From: Anolis carolinensis
Taxonomy: Eukaryota
DNA length: 64,000 nucleotides
Assembly: GCF_035594765.1 (NCBI RefSeq)
Contig: NC_085841.1
Span: forward strand, 302,817,402 to 302,881,401
Direction of reading: 5' to 3'
In this document: positions 38,969 through 52,680 of the stretch, piece after piece
Layout of the letters: the number at the start of each line of letters is the position of its first letter
Position numbering within the stretch: the stretch's first letter is position 1
The notes under the pieces: generated by a model
The model's input: only the letters and a program-made list of their open reading frames with translations
What the model was told of the DNA's origin: nothing
The model's database searches: none
Program-made: the position numbers and the translations under genes

Positions 38969-41601
38969 TATTTTAATCCTAACTTATATACAACTGAAAG
39001 CAACACCAGTCATAGCTCTAAAGGACCCCAAATTCTCTTACGTGCACAAACATATGTCCTCGATGGTACATCTCATCTATCCAGACTATAATTTATCAGT
39101 ACCGCATGATGATTTGGAAAAATCTGTTTGCAAATAACACACACACCTCATCATTTGAGAAGATATACAAAGTATCAGTTTACTCATTTATTTTCATGCT
39201 GTAAAGCTATCATTAAAAACAAACTACAATTTTACAGTGTTCTCATTTTGACAGGTCTTTTGATTACAAAATAAGCGATTAAACAGAAGAAGGTTAATGA
39301 AGCAGAGCAAAATTTCAGAGTAACACTTGACACCATGACACATGAAATCTGGAAAAGTCATTCAAATTTGCCCAAACTTGACACTGTCACAGACTAGACG
39401 CTTGACAGGAACAAAACACTAAGAGATTTTAATAGACAAATCGGTCAACAGAAACAGAGGACACCGAGCTTTCTACCAATTGTTTAACATTCGTTAATCA
39501 TCTGAAAAGTGGGAAAGCATGAGCATATTAATGAAAGTAAATATATTCTTCATGTTTTAAAGGGTAGAAATCAGAATATGAAAAATTGGAAGTCAAAGAT
39601 AATTCTATGGGTAAAGGCCCTATGTAGCCTTATAGCTGAGACAGGGAAGAGATCAAGGCCAAATCCAAACTGAAATTTGGCATAAACGTATATATATTAC
39701 TGAAAAAGTATGATTCCCTGCAGTGCAATAATACATGACAGAATGTTGAATTAAGTTCCACAAGTAAAATCTGAATATAATACTGTTCAGTGAGATTTGA
39801 AGCAACGTCAACTATTCACTTTCCACAGTTAACATTAAACTAATGTGTATTTTACACATTAAACCTTGTGAATGTAAGAAAAAAACTCATAGAATTACAC
39901 ATAAAAGTGGGTGCTAAATTAATAATAAAATGAAGTAAGATTAATCTAAATTAGAAATAATTTTAAAAAGAAACAGGCTATAATAATTTATCTAAATAAT
40001 TAATCTATGGTGCTAGTAATTTTTTTCCAGAGATTACCTATAAATGGAGCAATTCACACTAAGGCCTCTGAGAAAAGATTTTAATGAACAGACACAATTT
40101 CAAGGGAAACGTTTAACTACAAATTGTACTAATGAATCTCTAAAATCATTATACAGCACAGTAAGTTGTAAGCTGGAACGAGGGGGTCATATTTATCCTT
40201 ACCAGGATAACATGAACAAATTAGCAAAATCAAATAGCTGCAATCAAAAATCTACTGCTGGAAATAAAGAAAGGTCACAAGGAACAATTTATTGGCTGGT
40301 GACACTGAAACTACTGCAAATACTTTCAAATCATTAAGTAAGCAGTTCCGAGGTACTAATTCCTCTGCATTACGAACAGTTTGCAGACTAACAATAGACT
40401 CCCAAGTGACATATAGGTAGTCAACCAGAACTTAAGAAAGTGATATGTTCCGTTCATTTCCCAAAGTGATGTGAACAATGTTGCCTGAGTAGATGAGACA
40501 TTCAAAAGAGACTATGGTTGGAAGGAAAAGTAGTTTTTAATCTTTGTTTTATCACTAACCGGCCATACTTCTTGAAACTATTCCAAAGTGACTAGCATCC
40601 TATTACTGATCCCTGTGCACAGAATCAAGAATTTGAATAAATCTAACCTAAAATAGTGGTAATAACATGTAAAATCAATTAAATGTTTTTGCTCTTTTTG
40701 TCAATGGTTTGGCAACTATGTAAGACTGCTATAACAAATGAACAAAAGGCTCTCTCTCTACTTCCATTGAATACTGTTATGGCTATCTAGGCAGCACTAT
40801 CCTAGTTTTAAATTAAATCTTTGTCTGCAATTTCATCACCACACAGTCAGATTTGACTGGCTGCAAAGCACTGTGACGTCAAATTCCATACTAGCCAAGA
40901 TTAACCCAAACAATAATGGGGGAACAGAGTCTTGCTCAAACCAAGATGAAGATGAAAGCAATCAGAATTAATAAAGAAAATAATAAAATCTGAATAAGAA
41001 TTCTTAAGTTACAGATGAATGGAATTAAACATCAATAACTGTGTTAGAACTAAATTCACTAGCAAAGAAAATCAAAGCTTTGATAACAGAAGCATGGATT
41101 GAAGTGTTATGGTAACCCCATATATACCTTATACACATAGTCTGAAGCTAATTTCATACAATATTTTTAAAATATTTGTCCCCATGAAGCAAAGTCTGTG
41201 TACATTGAACCATCAACAAAGCAAAGATGCAACTATCTCAGCCACCCATGTGAAACAATTTTGGATTGTGGAGTATTTCAGATTTTGGAATTTCAGATAA
41301 GGATTGTTCAAACTATATTCTAATTAATAATATGGCAGCTATTAACTATTTTCCATTATGGTATCTGCCATTCATAAAGCTTTCTAACACCTTCCATGAA
41401 CCCAAGACACTAAATGGGGAAAAACAAGAAGAAAATCAAGATTATTCTTTTTTGGATACCTTCATGAATATGCTCCACTAAGCATAACAGTATTACTTTC
41501 AAATAAACACAAGAAGATAACACTGTAAGCCAATTGAAGCAGATTAGGCATCAAAAGAAAGGGCTAGTGAAACTAAAAATACCGGAAAGAATACCACTTA
41601 C

Positions 41602-41756
41602 TCTCATTGAGGTTTCTCCTCCATGTGGCTGCTGCAGCCGGAAGACCTGAGCCACCATATGCTCTGTTGAAGGGTGCAACAGGATGCGCCGGGATGCCAA
41701 TCCTACCATGACATATCTGCCCATTGGGGACAGGCTTACAGAAATGGCATTGGGAC
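41602..41756 (-). CDS. AMBRA1: AMBRA1 coding exon ([51 protein letters not shown])
   Basis: tctctag acceptor, gtaag donor, 155 bp, in frame. Confidence 0.96.
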
Positions 41757-41986
41757 CTAGAGATGAAACACAAACATGCATTTACATTCCTCATAAAATA
41801 TCTTGGCATTGTGAACCGCCCTGAATCCCCTTCGGGGTTGAGAAGGGCAATATATAAATACCACAAATAAATAAATAAATAAATAAATACTTTCTAATCT
41901 CTTTCTTGCCAATAGCAGTTCAAGGTATAACAATCTTACTCTGTCTCTCATTTAAAAAAAAAAAAACAAGCTTGACTGTGCACAGC

Positions 41987-42125
41987 CACTAAGTTAGAAA
42001 TATGTAGGAAAAAGTTTGGCCTGTTTTCAACTTAGGCCCCATCTACACTGTGATATAAAGCACTAGTTAGAAATATATAAGGAAATGTTTTGCCTGTTTT
42101 CAGCTTAGGCCCCATCTACACTGCA
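41987..42125. repeat. ~73-bp tandem duplication
   Basis: cacta(a)gttagaaatat...cttaggccccatctacactg occurs twice. Confidence 0.75.
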
Positions 42126-42742
42126 ATAAAATTCAGTTTGAAACTGCATCATATGTTTAATGTAGACTCATATAATGCAGGTGGTACTGCATTATATGGC
42201 AAGCTCACTCAACTAATCACAGTGCTACTACTGCATAGTTACATTTAGTTGAGTGAGCATATAAGGGAGACCATATGAATTGTCTGTACTCTTATGTCAG
42301 CACAACATATTCTCACATTCCAAACTGGTATAGGGCCAGAGTTCTCCAGACATTTTCCTTACAGATATGACATAGTGAATCAGATTAAATATCTACAATG
42401 GATGGCGTGATTTTAGTAACTATTTTTAAATTGTGTTGTTTATCGGTGGGTTTTAATAGAAATGTTATTGTATTATTGATATTTAATTTTATGCTTTATG
42501 TTTCTGTTTTAATTTGGTTAATTTATAGTAAAATGTTATTGTTTTGCCAATATCTTTTAGTTTTCACATGCATGTATGGCACTGAATTATGCCAGTTTGA
42601 GTTCCCTTAGGGGGAGAAAAGCAGTATATAAATGTAGTAAGTAAATAAATAATAAATACAATGCTACTCTTCCATTTATATGGTGACATTACAAGTTTGG
42701 AGCTTTCCTTCAACCAGCTGACCCAACAATAGGCTCTCTTAC

Positions 42743-42931
42743 CAAATCGCTTTGTGTAAAGCATTTCACCCAAGTTGTGTGGTGCTAGGGAATATACAGC
42801 CAATATTCCCTCATCAGGGAAGCCCCGCTGACTGCTAGGAATGAAGGCTGCCAGAAGCTGTCCATCTGCAGAAATATCACAACTGGCATCGTTGTATATC
42901 TTGCAATTCTGAACGAGCACATTCACAGAGG
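42743..42931 (-). CDS. AMBRA1: AMBRA1 coding exon ([62 protein letters not shown])
   Basis: ccttgcag acceptor, gtaag donor, 189 bp, in frame. Confidence 0.96.
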
Positions 42932-44441
42932 CTGCAAGGAAGGGGGGGGGGGGGGGAACAAGAACGTAAACCAGAAAGCAGATAAAACAAGAAGGGGAAC
43001 TGTAAAAATTTTAATGTTCCTCAAGCTGTTCCAAAGCATTCATTGTTTTGCTGAATTACAATCTATTATACTCTGACAAGACCTAATGACTGGAAACCCA
43101 TACAGATTTTGGAATCAAGCATGACCGACACACTGACAAATAGCTGTTTAATAGGTATACGATTTTAATCATTTGCTAAACAATACAAAAAGGTATTTAT
43201 TTCACCCTGTTACTCTTATATTATTGTTCCAAGTCACCAATTGTTCTTGTTGCTATGGCAATACTTTACATTCATGAATGAGACGATCTGGAACCCAGGG
43301 GGTGCCAAATTCTACAAAAAATGTTCTTTACAAGCATTAGAATCCTTGTTTTAGAAGAAAGAAAGCAATATTAACTATATAAAATTAGTAACTTAAAATA
43401 CTAATCTACGTGACTACAAATAAGCACATCCAACTTGCTGCCAGTCTGCACAGACATACACAGTCCTATTTTCAAATTAAACGCTTCTCTTTCTTTTTGC
43501 TCACATGTCCTGCCCAGTGACGTCTGCACACTTCTCTTAAGTTTTGTCTCAGAAAAAGTGAAGTACTTGCAATACTTGAAAAGAAGAAAGCTTTACAAAT
43601 TGATGAATTCATAACAACCTTCACCTTTCTCCAAAATATAGTCTTTCTTCGTTCTCTTACAAGTCATGATGAAGGCAAATGTAGAGGAGACAGGGGAAGA
43701 AAGGGGTCAGTTTTTTGTCTTTCCTTCCCTACCTCTCCTTTGCCATGATTATCATTTTAGTCACACACTGGGATGCAAAGGAAATTATGAGGGATGGTGT
43801 TTTCTCAAAGACAATGTAAACTTGGTTCAGCAAGCTACTCTTCTGCTTTCTATGTCCACAGCAACAGAAATAAGGGCAAGACAGGAAAGAAGGGAGGAGC
43901 ATGGTGAATTGCATGGTGAGTTGCATGACCAACGTGAAAACTACAAATGAAGGCAAAGAAATATTTTGTGAAGCTGAGCAGTATAGTGACAAAGACATTA
44001 AGATATGTTACCAAATGTGTGGAGGAGAGAGGTTTGGATCTTTCACAAAACCCATTTGCACTCATTCTTTTCTTTAAAGGCACAAATCTTTTTGTTTGCG
44101 CAAAAGCTATTCTCACCATAACCCTCTATGTTCTTCATGTCTATAACTAGTTTATAAAGCATGAATTCAGCAACTTGATTAGCTCTGTTAAGCAAATCAA
44201 CTTTTAAGTCCAGCCTTTGATTCTTCTGACAGTCTTCCTTATTAAATAGATACTGTGACATATGCTAATTTTTCATCCAGATTACTGCTATCAACGCATG
44301 TGTGTCCATTGAGGCAAACTCTGTATTTCCATTCCATAACCACTACTTTTAGTATAATTATGAAGCAGATCATATATTAGGTGTAGGCCACCTCTTTTCC
44401 AGACAGTGAAGGGTCCCCAGGGAAAATAAATTATTTGTTTT

Positions 44442-44472
<31 letters not shown>

Positions 44473-45284
44473 ATTCCAAGGACACTTAACATTGATAAAA
44501 ATCAATTGCTTAAAAAAATCATCTTTAACATCTTTTTAAAATCAATGGTAAGAATATATTTAAATAATTGTTTAATCGTTTTTGAAAATTCAGACAATTT
44601 CAAAATTTTCTTGAAACAACTGGTAAAAATAAGAAACTACATCAAAGTTCTAAGGCTGGATTTACACTGTCATATAATCTAGTACCTGATCCCAGATTGT
44701 CTGCTTTGAACTGGATGATATGAGTCTACACTGCCATATAGTCCAGTTCAAAAGCAAATAATCTGAATTTTATATGGCAATGAATATTATATAGTCAGGT
44801 GGATTTTGTAGGAGACCATAAGAAAGAGCTTTTGGTGTGAGTAATATCTTCACTAATAAAAAAAATTAGCAGTGACATTTGTTTGTGAGAAATCACATGA
44901 GGCGAGGAAGAGGCTCCAAAGTACAAGAAAGAAAGCATTCTACTTAATAGTTTGACCCCCAGCACCTAGTCCCTAGTGGATCTATGCAATTGTCATGCAG
45001 CACTGGACTTCATCCCATGTCCTTTTCCCATGGTTACAGCTTTGCGCTATCCGATTACCTTTTCAACTATTTACAGCCTGGCCATGTTTTTCAATAGCTT
45101 ACAGCCATTGGTTGATGACCACTGTTTTAATTGAGTTTTTAGCTGTTATTTTATATGCCTATAGGTTTTATTTAATTGTATTTTAAACTGTGTTTCATTT
45201 ATGTTCTGTTTTTAGGCACCTTGTGCCATGTGTAAGCCACCCCAAGTCCCTTCGGGGAAATGGTGGCGGGATACAAGAATAAAG

Positions 45285-45342
<58 letters not shown>

Positions 45343-45569
45343 AATATCTATTAACTATATTGTTTACATGCAGAGACATTATACTTGCAAGACACAGAAT
45401 AGATCTGAACAAGGGGGAGGGGTCCGGATATAAATGTAAGATATCTTTTTTAATGAATCAAAAATTAATCTGAAAACATTTAAGAATAATTTTTAGCATG
45501 AATCTACCTCCTAAGGAAATCTACATTTTATATATATTAAGATTATATTTCATAATAATATGTTTCTAC

Positions 45570-46080
45570 TTATTTATTTCGTGTCAAAAGCACTGCATGA
45601 TAAATACATTTTAAAATGATGGGGGGGGGGGGGGGGGGAGGAAATCACAAGCACCTAAATAGTTTTAGACAGCAACCGCACTGTCCGTAGCTTTAAACAA
45701 CTCCTCCTCTGTACATGAGGCAGGACACTTTGGGCAAGCATACATATGCGGAGTTGTTTGTTCAGCTCCACAGTCACACGAGGTGGAGGATTCCTCCAGG
45801 TAGTGCCACCTTGCCAAGTTGTCTTTAGATCTGCCCACTCCACTTCTGAGTCTGTTTAGGGACTTCCAAGTTGCCCATTCTTGGTTTGTCCCTGGAGAAG
45901 GACCCTCATGAGGGGCCATCCAGTTAGAATTGCCAGGTTTAGCTGCCCAGAGGGACACCCTTGCTGCTGCTGGAGGAACATCAAGAGGAGTGGTGGTTCT
46001 CATGAAGCCCTTCCTTGATTTGAGTCTTTAACATCTGATAGTCATGCAGTGGATGGCTTTCACAATGTTTGACCTTGCTG
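45570..46080 (-). mobile_element. Vingi/Ingi-like LINE 3' fragment
   Basis: WKSLNRLRSGVGR...CDCGAEQTTPHMYACP C-terminal Cys/His motif; short (TAAA)n-type tail. Confidence 0.8.
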
Positions 46081-46488
46081 TTAACCCCAAAAGCATTGGA
46101 TGAATGTTTCTACTAAACACAATGATTAACTAGAAATTTTCTTACTAATAATTTAAACTTTTGATTTAAATCAGTGTTACTCAAAGTGGTGCCAATCCAT
46201 AAACTACTACCGTAGCTGTGATAGAAACGGTTGTAGTCAATGGGAATCAATACAGTGTGGATCCCTGACACATGGGGGATCCTACTTGTACCCCACATCA
46301 GATAGCTTAAGAAGCAATGCTTTAAATAATTACAACTAAGCCCTTCAAATAATCAATTTAAATCATAATTCAAACTGATTTAAATCAAATCAGCCCTGCT
46401 TATGACTGGTGATTATGGTCACATATGCCCTATATACCTTCCTAGTAATAAATTTCTTGTGATATGTTAACAGCAACTTAAACTAATA

Positions 46489-46910
46489 CCCTGTTTCCCT
46501 GAAAATACGACATCCTCAGAAAATAAGACCTACTAGAGGTTTTGCTAAATTGCTAAATATAAGGCCTCCCCCAAAAGTAAGGCCTAGCAAAGTTTTTATT
46601 TGGAAGCATGCCCGGCACCAAACAGAACACCAGAGCATGCAGGATTGGTAAATGTACATACCAGTTGTACATGGAAATAATGGTAGTAACAAGAAATTCT
46701 TTATAGGATTCATAGTTTGTCTAGTTATGTTGGTTTGTGATGACAACTACTGTACACTACAGTATATAAGAAATGTTCAATTTTTTTGTTCAGCAATAAA
46801 TGTGAACTATTATTTGTTGAAAAATAAGACATCCCCTGAAAATAAGACCTAGCACATCTTTGGGAGCAAAAATTAATATAAGACACTGTCTTATTTTCGG
46901 GGAAACACGG
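46489..46910. mobile_element. Tigger/pogo-like MITE, inverted copy of 430-852
   Basis: same TIRs, TA flanks. Confidence 0.85.
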
Positions 46911-49132
46911 TATATTTTCCTTCCAAGACCCTCACCACCTTTTACTGAGCTAGTAAGCACTCCTGAAATGACATACAGTTCGTCTTCAGTGCAAAAAAGA
47001 TTATGTATCCAAATGTTCAGCTAAGAATGAGAATGTGTACATAACCCTGTAGTAGTTGATGTCAAATAAACACAATGTGCACAGAACTCTAACAATACTA
47101 CTACTGATCAAGCAGATTGGCCTAAATCTAGAAGTCCCATTTAGAACAGATCCACTGCATCAATGGAACTTACGTAAGTGCTGACTTGCCAAGTGCCCAT
47201 TGATTCAATTTGTCTATTATAGTCAAGACTAACAATTGAGTTTGGCCAGCTCATGTGGGCTTCTCTATTCAGCATATTTTGGTTAGTTTAATGGACAGAA
47301 TGAAGCCATTAGCCTAATATGCTTTGGGGGATTTTTCTCTGTTTTATGTAAGCTTTTAGGCGTATTTTTAAATTTAGTGCTATCTCCCATAGCCTTTGAA
47401 ATGGGCTAAGCATGAATAATTAGAAAACCATTTTAACTGCTTTAATTCTACTACCGTAGCAATATCACTTGGTTGCACAAAAATCTGCAAGATAAAGCTA
47501 CTATCAATGATGGCTTATATATGAGAGGCAGTGTGTTTCTGAATACCCAATTGCTAGGAAATACTAGTGTGAGAGTCCTGCAGCACTCATGTCCTGCTTA
47601 TGGGCCTTTGATGGACATCTGACTAGTCACAATGGAACAGAACAAGATAAGCCTTTAATCTGACCTAACATGGCTCCCATAGCACACCCAATCACTCCAC
47701 AGACTGAATGCAAGAATACAAAACTCATTTAGGAGCAAAAGGAGTTTAGTAGCCTACAAATCTCTTTCTTTCCTGTTCTAGTCCCTTCTAACCTTATGTT
47801 TGATCTGCCTTCCACCTTGAAAGCACGAGATAACAAATTCTACTACCTCGTTTCCAGAAAGGTAATGCAGCCTTAATTGATCACTCCAAGAGACAATCTA
47901 GTTCACATTCATATTCCCAAATTGATTAGCAAGATTCTTCTGGGAAGCTCACAAGTGGGATACACGCAACGACAATGTGCATTGCTTGCCATGCAGCACC
48001 TGGTATGCAACTCTTAACAAGGTGATCAAATTTTGCTGTCATAGCTACAATTAATTTCTCTGATTCTGCTTTAAAGGCTATTTAAGCCAGTGACCAATCT
48101 AAAGTGATTGGACTGTGGGAAGTGGTATTATTTTTATCTACTGCCATTCTAGGGGACGAAGTGAAACAAACCCTGGAAATCCAGACACTTAAGGGCCTTA
48201 AGCAACTTTGCAGTTCAGACAGCAGCCATTTGTCTTTTCCCTGTTCACAACGAAGTCTCACTGAATATATTTTAAATAACCTGAGAACCCACTTAACTCT
48301 TACCACACTTTAAAACTTACCATCTCTATAAGCTAGCAAGAAAGCAATAATTGTACAGTTTACTTTGATGTAACATATAAGTCTTACACCTGACATCTGA
48401 TTTTCTGACAACTGCACTACCTATAGGAAATGTGACATGGGATAAGATACAAAACAAATTTAATACTTAAGTGACAGAAAAGGATACAGGCTTAAAAACA
48501 GGCAATTCATGAACAAGGCTAAACTCCTTTGATTTGTAAACTTTACAAAGAGAAGTTTCCTAGAGAATTTTGTGACTGTTTAAGACTGACCCATTAATTG
48601 TGTCCCCTGTGCTATCATTCACCCATTTTTAAAACTAAGGAATACACTTGCGAAATTTGTTTTCAAATGCCATCAGTTATAGATGTAACATATTGTTGGC
48701 TATGAGTAGAATATTATGTACAGATCAAAACTATCAAAATATATGAAATCGCTTCTGTGCAGGACCTAGAAAATTGCATTTAACAGCAAAAAAATACATA
48801 TCATCAGCAAGTTTTTTTTCAATTCCTGTAAAAACTGTTCCGTTTGGTATCGTTTGGAAACAACTTCCACAATTTCAAACAATATTTGCACAGTCATGTG
48901 TTTAATTCAGTAGTATAATTCAACTAATCTATAATATCACCAGGTACATGATATAGGTTGTTATAAACCTACTACTATGCAGTATCAGCCATAAATTATT
49001 CTTAATAGAGAAGTCTGACAGTCTAGAAGGACAGGTTGCTTACCTGCAACTGAATTTCTTTGAGTGGTCACTGTGAATTTACACAACTGGGGAATCTGCG
49101 CAGGCGCAGATTAATTTAGGAACTCCCTAGAA

Positions 49133-49267
49133 AAGTGGTTCTCAATCTGTGGGTCCCCAGCTGTTTTGGCCTTCAACTCCCAGAAATCCTAACAGCTGGT
49201 AAACTGGCTGGGATTTCTGGAAGTTGTAGGCCAAAACACCCAGGGACCCACAAGTTGAGAACCACTG
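49133..49267. mobile_element. palindromic hAT-derived MITE
   Basis: agtggttctcaatctgtgggtccc...gggacccacaagttgagaaccact near-perfect fold-back; degenerate 8-bp TSD. Confidence 0.85.
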
Positions 49268-49327
49268 CTCTAGATTCATTAGGCAGAAAAAGGTTTAGGT
49301 ATAATCCCACCCACCATCCCAAGACTA

Positions 49328-50876
49328 CGAAGGCTGAATGAAAAGTAATGCCTCCACCTTTGTTACTTGGGTTAGGATGGGAATATTTTAATAAATCAGA
49401 TGCAGAAATAATCCTTAGAATGTGCTCTTTAACTACCACTATTCACTTTTCCTCATAATCACCAGACAATGGGATACATTTCTTCCAACGATGAACGGGG
49501 CCGGACTGTGGCGTAGGCTGGTTAACAGCCAGCTGCAACAAATCACTCTGACCAAGAGGTCATGAGTTCGAGGCCAGCCCAGTGCCTGCGTCTGTCTCTG
49601 TCTCTGTTCTATGTTGTGGCATTGAATGTTTGCCATATATGTGTAATGTGATCCGCCATGAGTCCCCTTCGGGGTGAGAAGGGCGGAATATAAATACTGT
49701 AAATAAATAAATAAATAAACAAGTTTTATGAAGCCGTCACGGAAGAAGTCGACACTCTGTTGCCGCAACCAGTGTCTCACAGTTCTTTCAACGTCTTCAT
49801 CAGAAGCATAATGATGTCCCCGCAGATCTTCTTTCATTATCGGGAACAGATGGAATTCAGGCGGTACTAAATCTGGACTGTATGGAGGATGCCAGTGGTG
49901 AGATCCAGTCTCTGAAGTTCTCCTGTGGTGGCATGTGAAGTATGTGGTCTGGCATTGTCATGCTGCAGGATGACATTTCCCTTTTCCTTTTGGACCCTTG
50001 TTAGCCGTCGTTTCAAAGTTCGCAGCTTTGTGATGTAATGCTCTGAATTTACTGTTGTTCCACGTTCAAGGAAATCAACATGGATAACACCATCTGCATC
50101 CCAGAACACTGTTGCCAAGTTTTTTTCCAGTTGAGGGCTGTGTTTTGAATTTCTTTTCCTGGGGTGAGTCTTTGTGGCGATATTCCATAGACTTACGCTT
50201 CGTCTCCGGGTCGTAATGGTGTAGCCACGTTTCATCTCCTGTCACAATTGAATGGAGAAAGGCGTCACCTTCATTCCCGTGAGAGGAGCTCCTGGCAAAT
50301 TTCAAATCTGTGCGCTTTCATTTCAGGCATCATCATCTTGGGTACCCATCGTGCACAGATCTTCCGATAGCCAAGCAAAGCAATAATGTGACCCACAAGT
50401 TCTTGTGAAATGCCGATTATGCTTGAAATTTCTCTCTGAGTGATACGATGATCATCCTGAATCAATCTGTCAACCTTTTACTTGTGAAACTCGATGGTTG
50501 TCACAGGATGTCCAACTCTTTGTCACGCAAGTCAGATGTTCCCATCTCAATCTCTTTAAACTTACTCGTCCAACGACGCACAGTACTCACATCAACACAA
50601 TCACCATAAGCAGCTTGCATTCTCTGATGAATCTCCTTTGGGGTGATACCTTCTGCTGTCAAGAATTCAATGACTGCACGTTGCTTAAGTCGCATTGACC
50701 GACCGTCTGTGCAGGGTTCCATACTTCGCACTTTAACAACACAACCATTCAATGCTAAGGCTTCCTGCCAAATGGAATTGTAGAGGAGTCTACTGAACAA
50801 GCCAGTACCTGCCGCATACCAGTACATCTGTTGAGGAGTTATGAAGGTGGAGGCATTACTTTTCATTCAACTCTCG
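49328..50876 (-). mobile_element. full-length mariner with frameshifted transposase
   Basis: ~33-bp TIRs (tgaatgaaaagtaatgcctccacctt core), TA TSD; motifs WVPK, IVTGDETW, QHDNARPH, PYSPDL spread over several frames. Confidence 0.93.
49497..49717 (+). mobile_element. tRNA-head SINE with L2-type tail inserted in the mariner
   Basis: A/B-box-like tgtggcgtaggctgg / gagttcgaggcc, tail gagtccccttcggggtgagaagggcgg followed by (TAAA)n. Confidence 0.85.
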
Positions 50877-52358
50877 TATATAAGGCCCAGTTGCCAGTGA
50901 AACCCCTAAGTTCCTAGGCTGTAGCTGCAGCCCATATTGAGATCTTAGGTGGCATGATCCCTGGGTGGGGAGGATAGGTGTGAATTCATAGATGACCACT
51001 TGAAAAAATACAGTTACAGATAAGCAACTTGTCCTCCCTCTTCATGCTCTCTGTAAATCACACAACTGAGTGACTAGCAAGAAAAGGTTATTGAAGACAT
51101 GAGTCATGACACACAATAGACCATTGCCTTTAGTACAAAGTTCAAAAAGTTTTATTCACCATGAATGATGTACCCATAAAAAGAAACTTATGCAAACAGC
51201 CCATTGAAAAAATGTGAAATGTATCATATAGCACATGTACAACCATCAAGGTTTGATTCCAATGTAATTTTGCAGAATAGTACAAAAAAACTTTTGAAAA
51301 GTATTATCCGACTCTTTCCAGTCATTGGTGCATGCAACCGCACATAAAGTGCCCAATGAGCATCACACAAAGCATGACCATACATTCATATAAAATAAAC
51401 TTGTACTGGAGAGGTTGAGTTCAGAAACAGGTTGGGTAAAACAATGTCCTGATTCAAATGAAAGTAAGATATCGCCTTTGGTAAAAAGGTACTATCAGGC
51501 CTAAGAATGACCCTATTGGGCTGAACAGACAGATATGGATGATCAAAGCACAAAGCTCTCCAGTTCAGAGCACTGAAGTAATCACCACCAAGAAGGCGGT
51601 TTTCCATGTTTGTGATGTGTGGCCAAGGGTTCGAAGGACTTGTCCATAGGTTTGGAGAGTACCAGTTCAAGTCTCCAGTCCAAGACTGGATGTAACACAA
51701 GTGGGTGCAGATTCCTGTAACCCTTCAAAAAAAACTCTGAAGCCATTTTTGTAAATGCCAAGAAATAGTAGACAAATAAACTTTAACAGAATATAAAGGC
51801 CATCTGAGCCAGGGTGAAAACCCCTTGCCTTCCAAGAAGGCAATAAAATAACTCCACTTCCCCTTTATGACTTTTTGGTGTTAGGCTTGTGGCAAGCCTC
51901 TAGTAAGCGGTAGGACCATTGGTTCAAAGGGACTAGAACCCGATCCTCCATGATGTTAGGTGCAGGGCTTTGATGTCGGGATAATGGATCTGACCTCCCG
52001 CCTGACACTGAGAGGAGCTCAGCACGGGAAGGAAAACTGAAATATCTGCGTTTACACATCAGAAGTAGTTGGCCAAACCAACAAACCAATGTCACTTAAC
52101 TACCATGGGGCAATCAGGATGTACCGAGTGGCATTGGTCTGAAGCTACTCCAGGACCTTTGAGATCCATGATATTGGTGGAAAGGCCAGGAAGAGATGAT
52201 GTTTCCATTCTAAGAGGAAGGTATCCCCCAGGCACCCCGTGGACAGGTTCAGAGGGGCCCTGGCGCAGAACCACCGGCATTGAGGATTGGTGCCTGTAGT
52301 GAAGAGATTGATGTCTGAGTAGCTCTAGTGTCAGATATGCAGAGCAGAGGGGGCCAAT

Positions 52359-52359
<1 letters not shown>

Positions 52360-52394
<35 letters not shown>

Positions 52395-52680
52395 CTTTAT
52401 TTATACCCCGCCACCATCTCCCCAACGGGGACTCGGGGCGGCTTACATGGGGCCATGCCCAGAGCAAAACAATATAACAAAATATAAATACAACATAACA
52501 TAGAGCAATTAAACAGTACAATAAGTAATAATATACAATATACACTACAACGCAAATCAAAGAAACAGTAAAAAACAGGGCCGGCCGCATGAATACAAAG
52601 ATAAAAACTCGGGTGGGAAAGATAAAGGGAATGGAGACCATGGGGAGCAGGGACATACGAAAGTGGTCAGTCACCACTCG
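52360..52680 (-). mobile_element. L2 3' UTR fragment inserted in the DIRS element
   Basis: (TTA)n tail and ccgccccgagtcccc stem as at 38390-38440. Confidence 0.75.

Noticed and set aside
40874-40881. Perfect CRE site TGACGTCA
   Set aside because: A single 8-mer in 64 kb is compatible with chance; no supporting context
49497-49580. tRNA gene
   Set aside because: A/B boxes belong to a SINE head that continues into an L2 tail; no convincing cloverleaf
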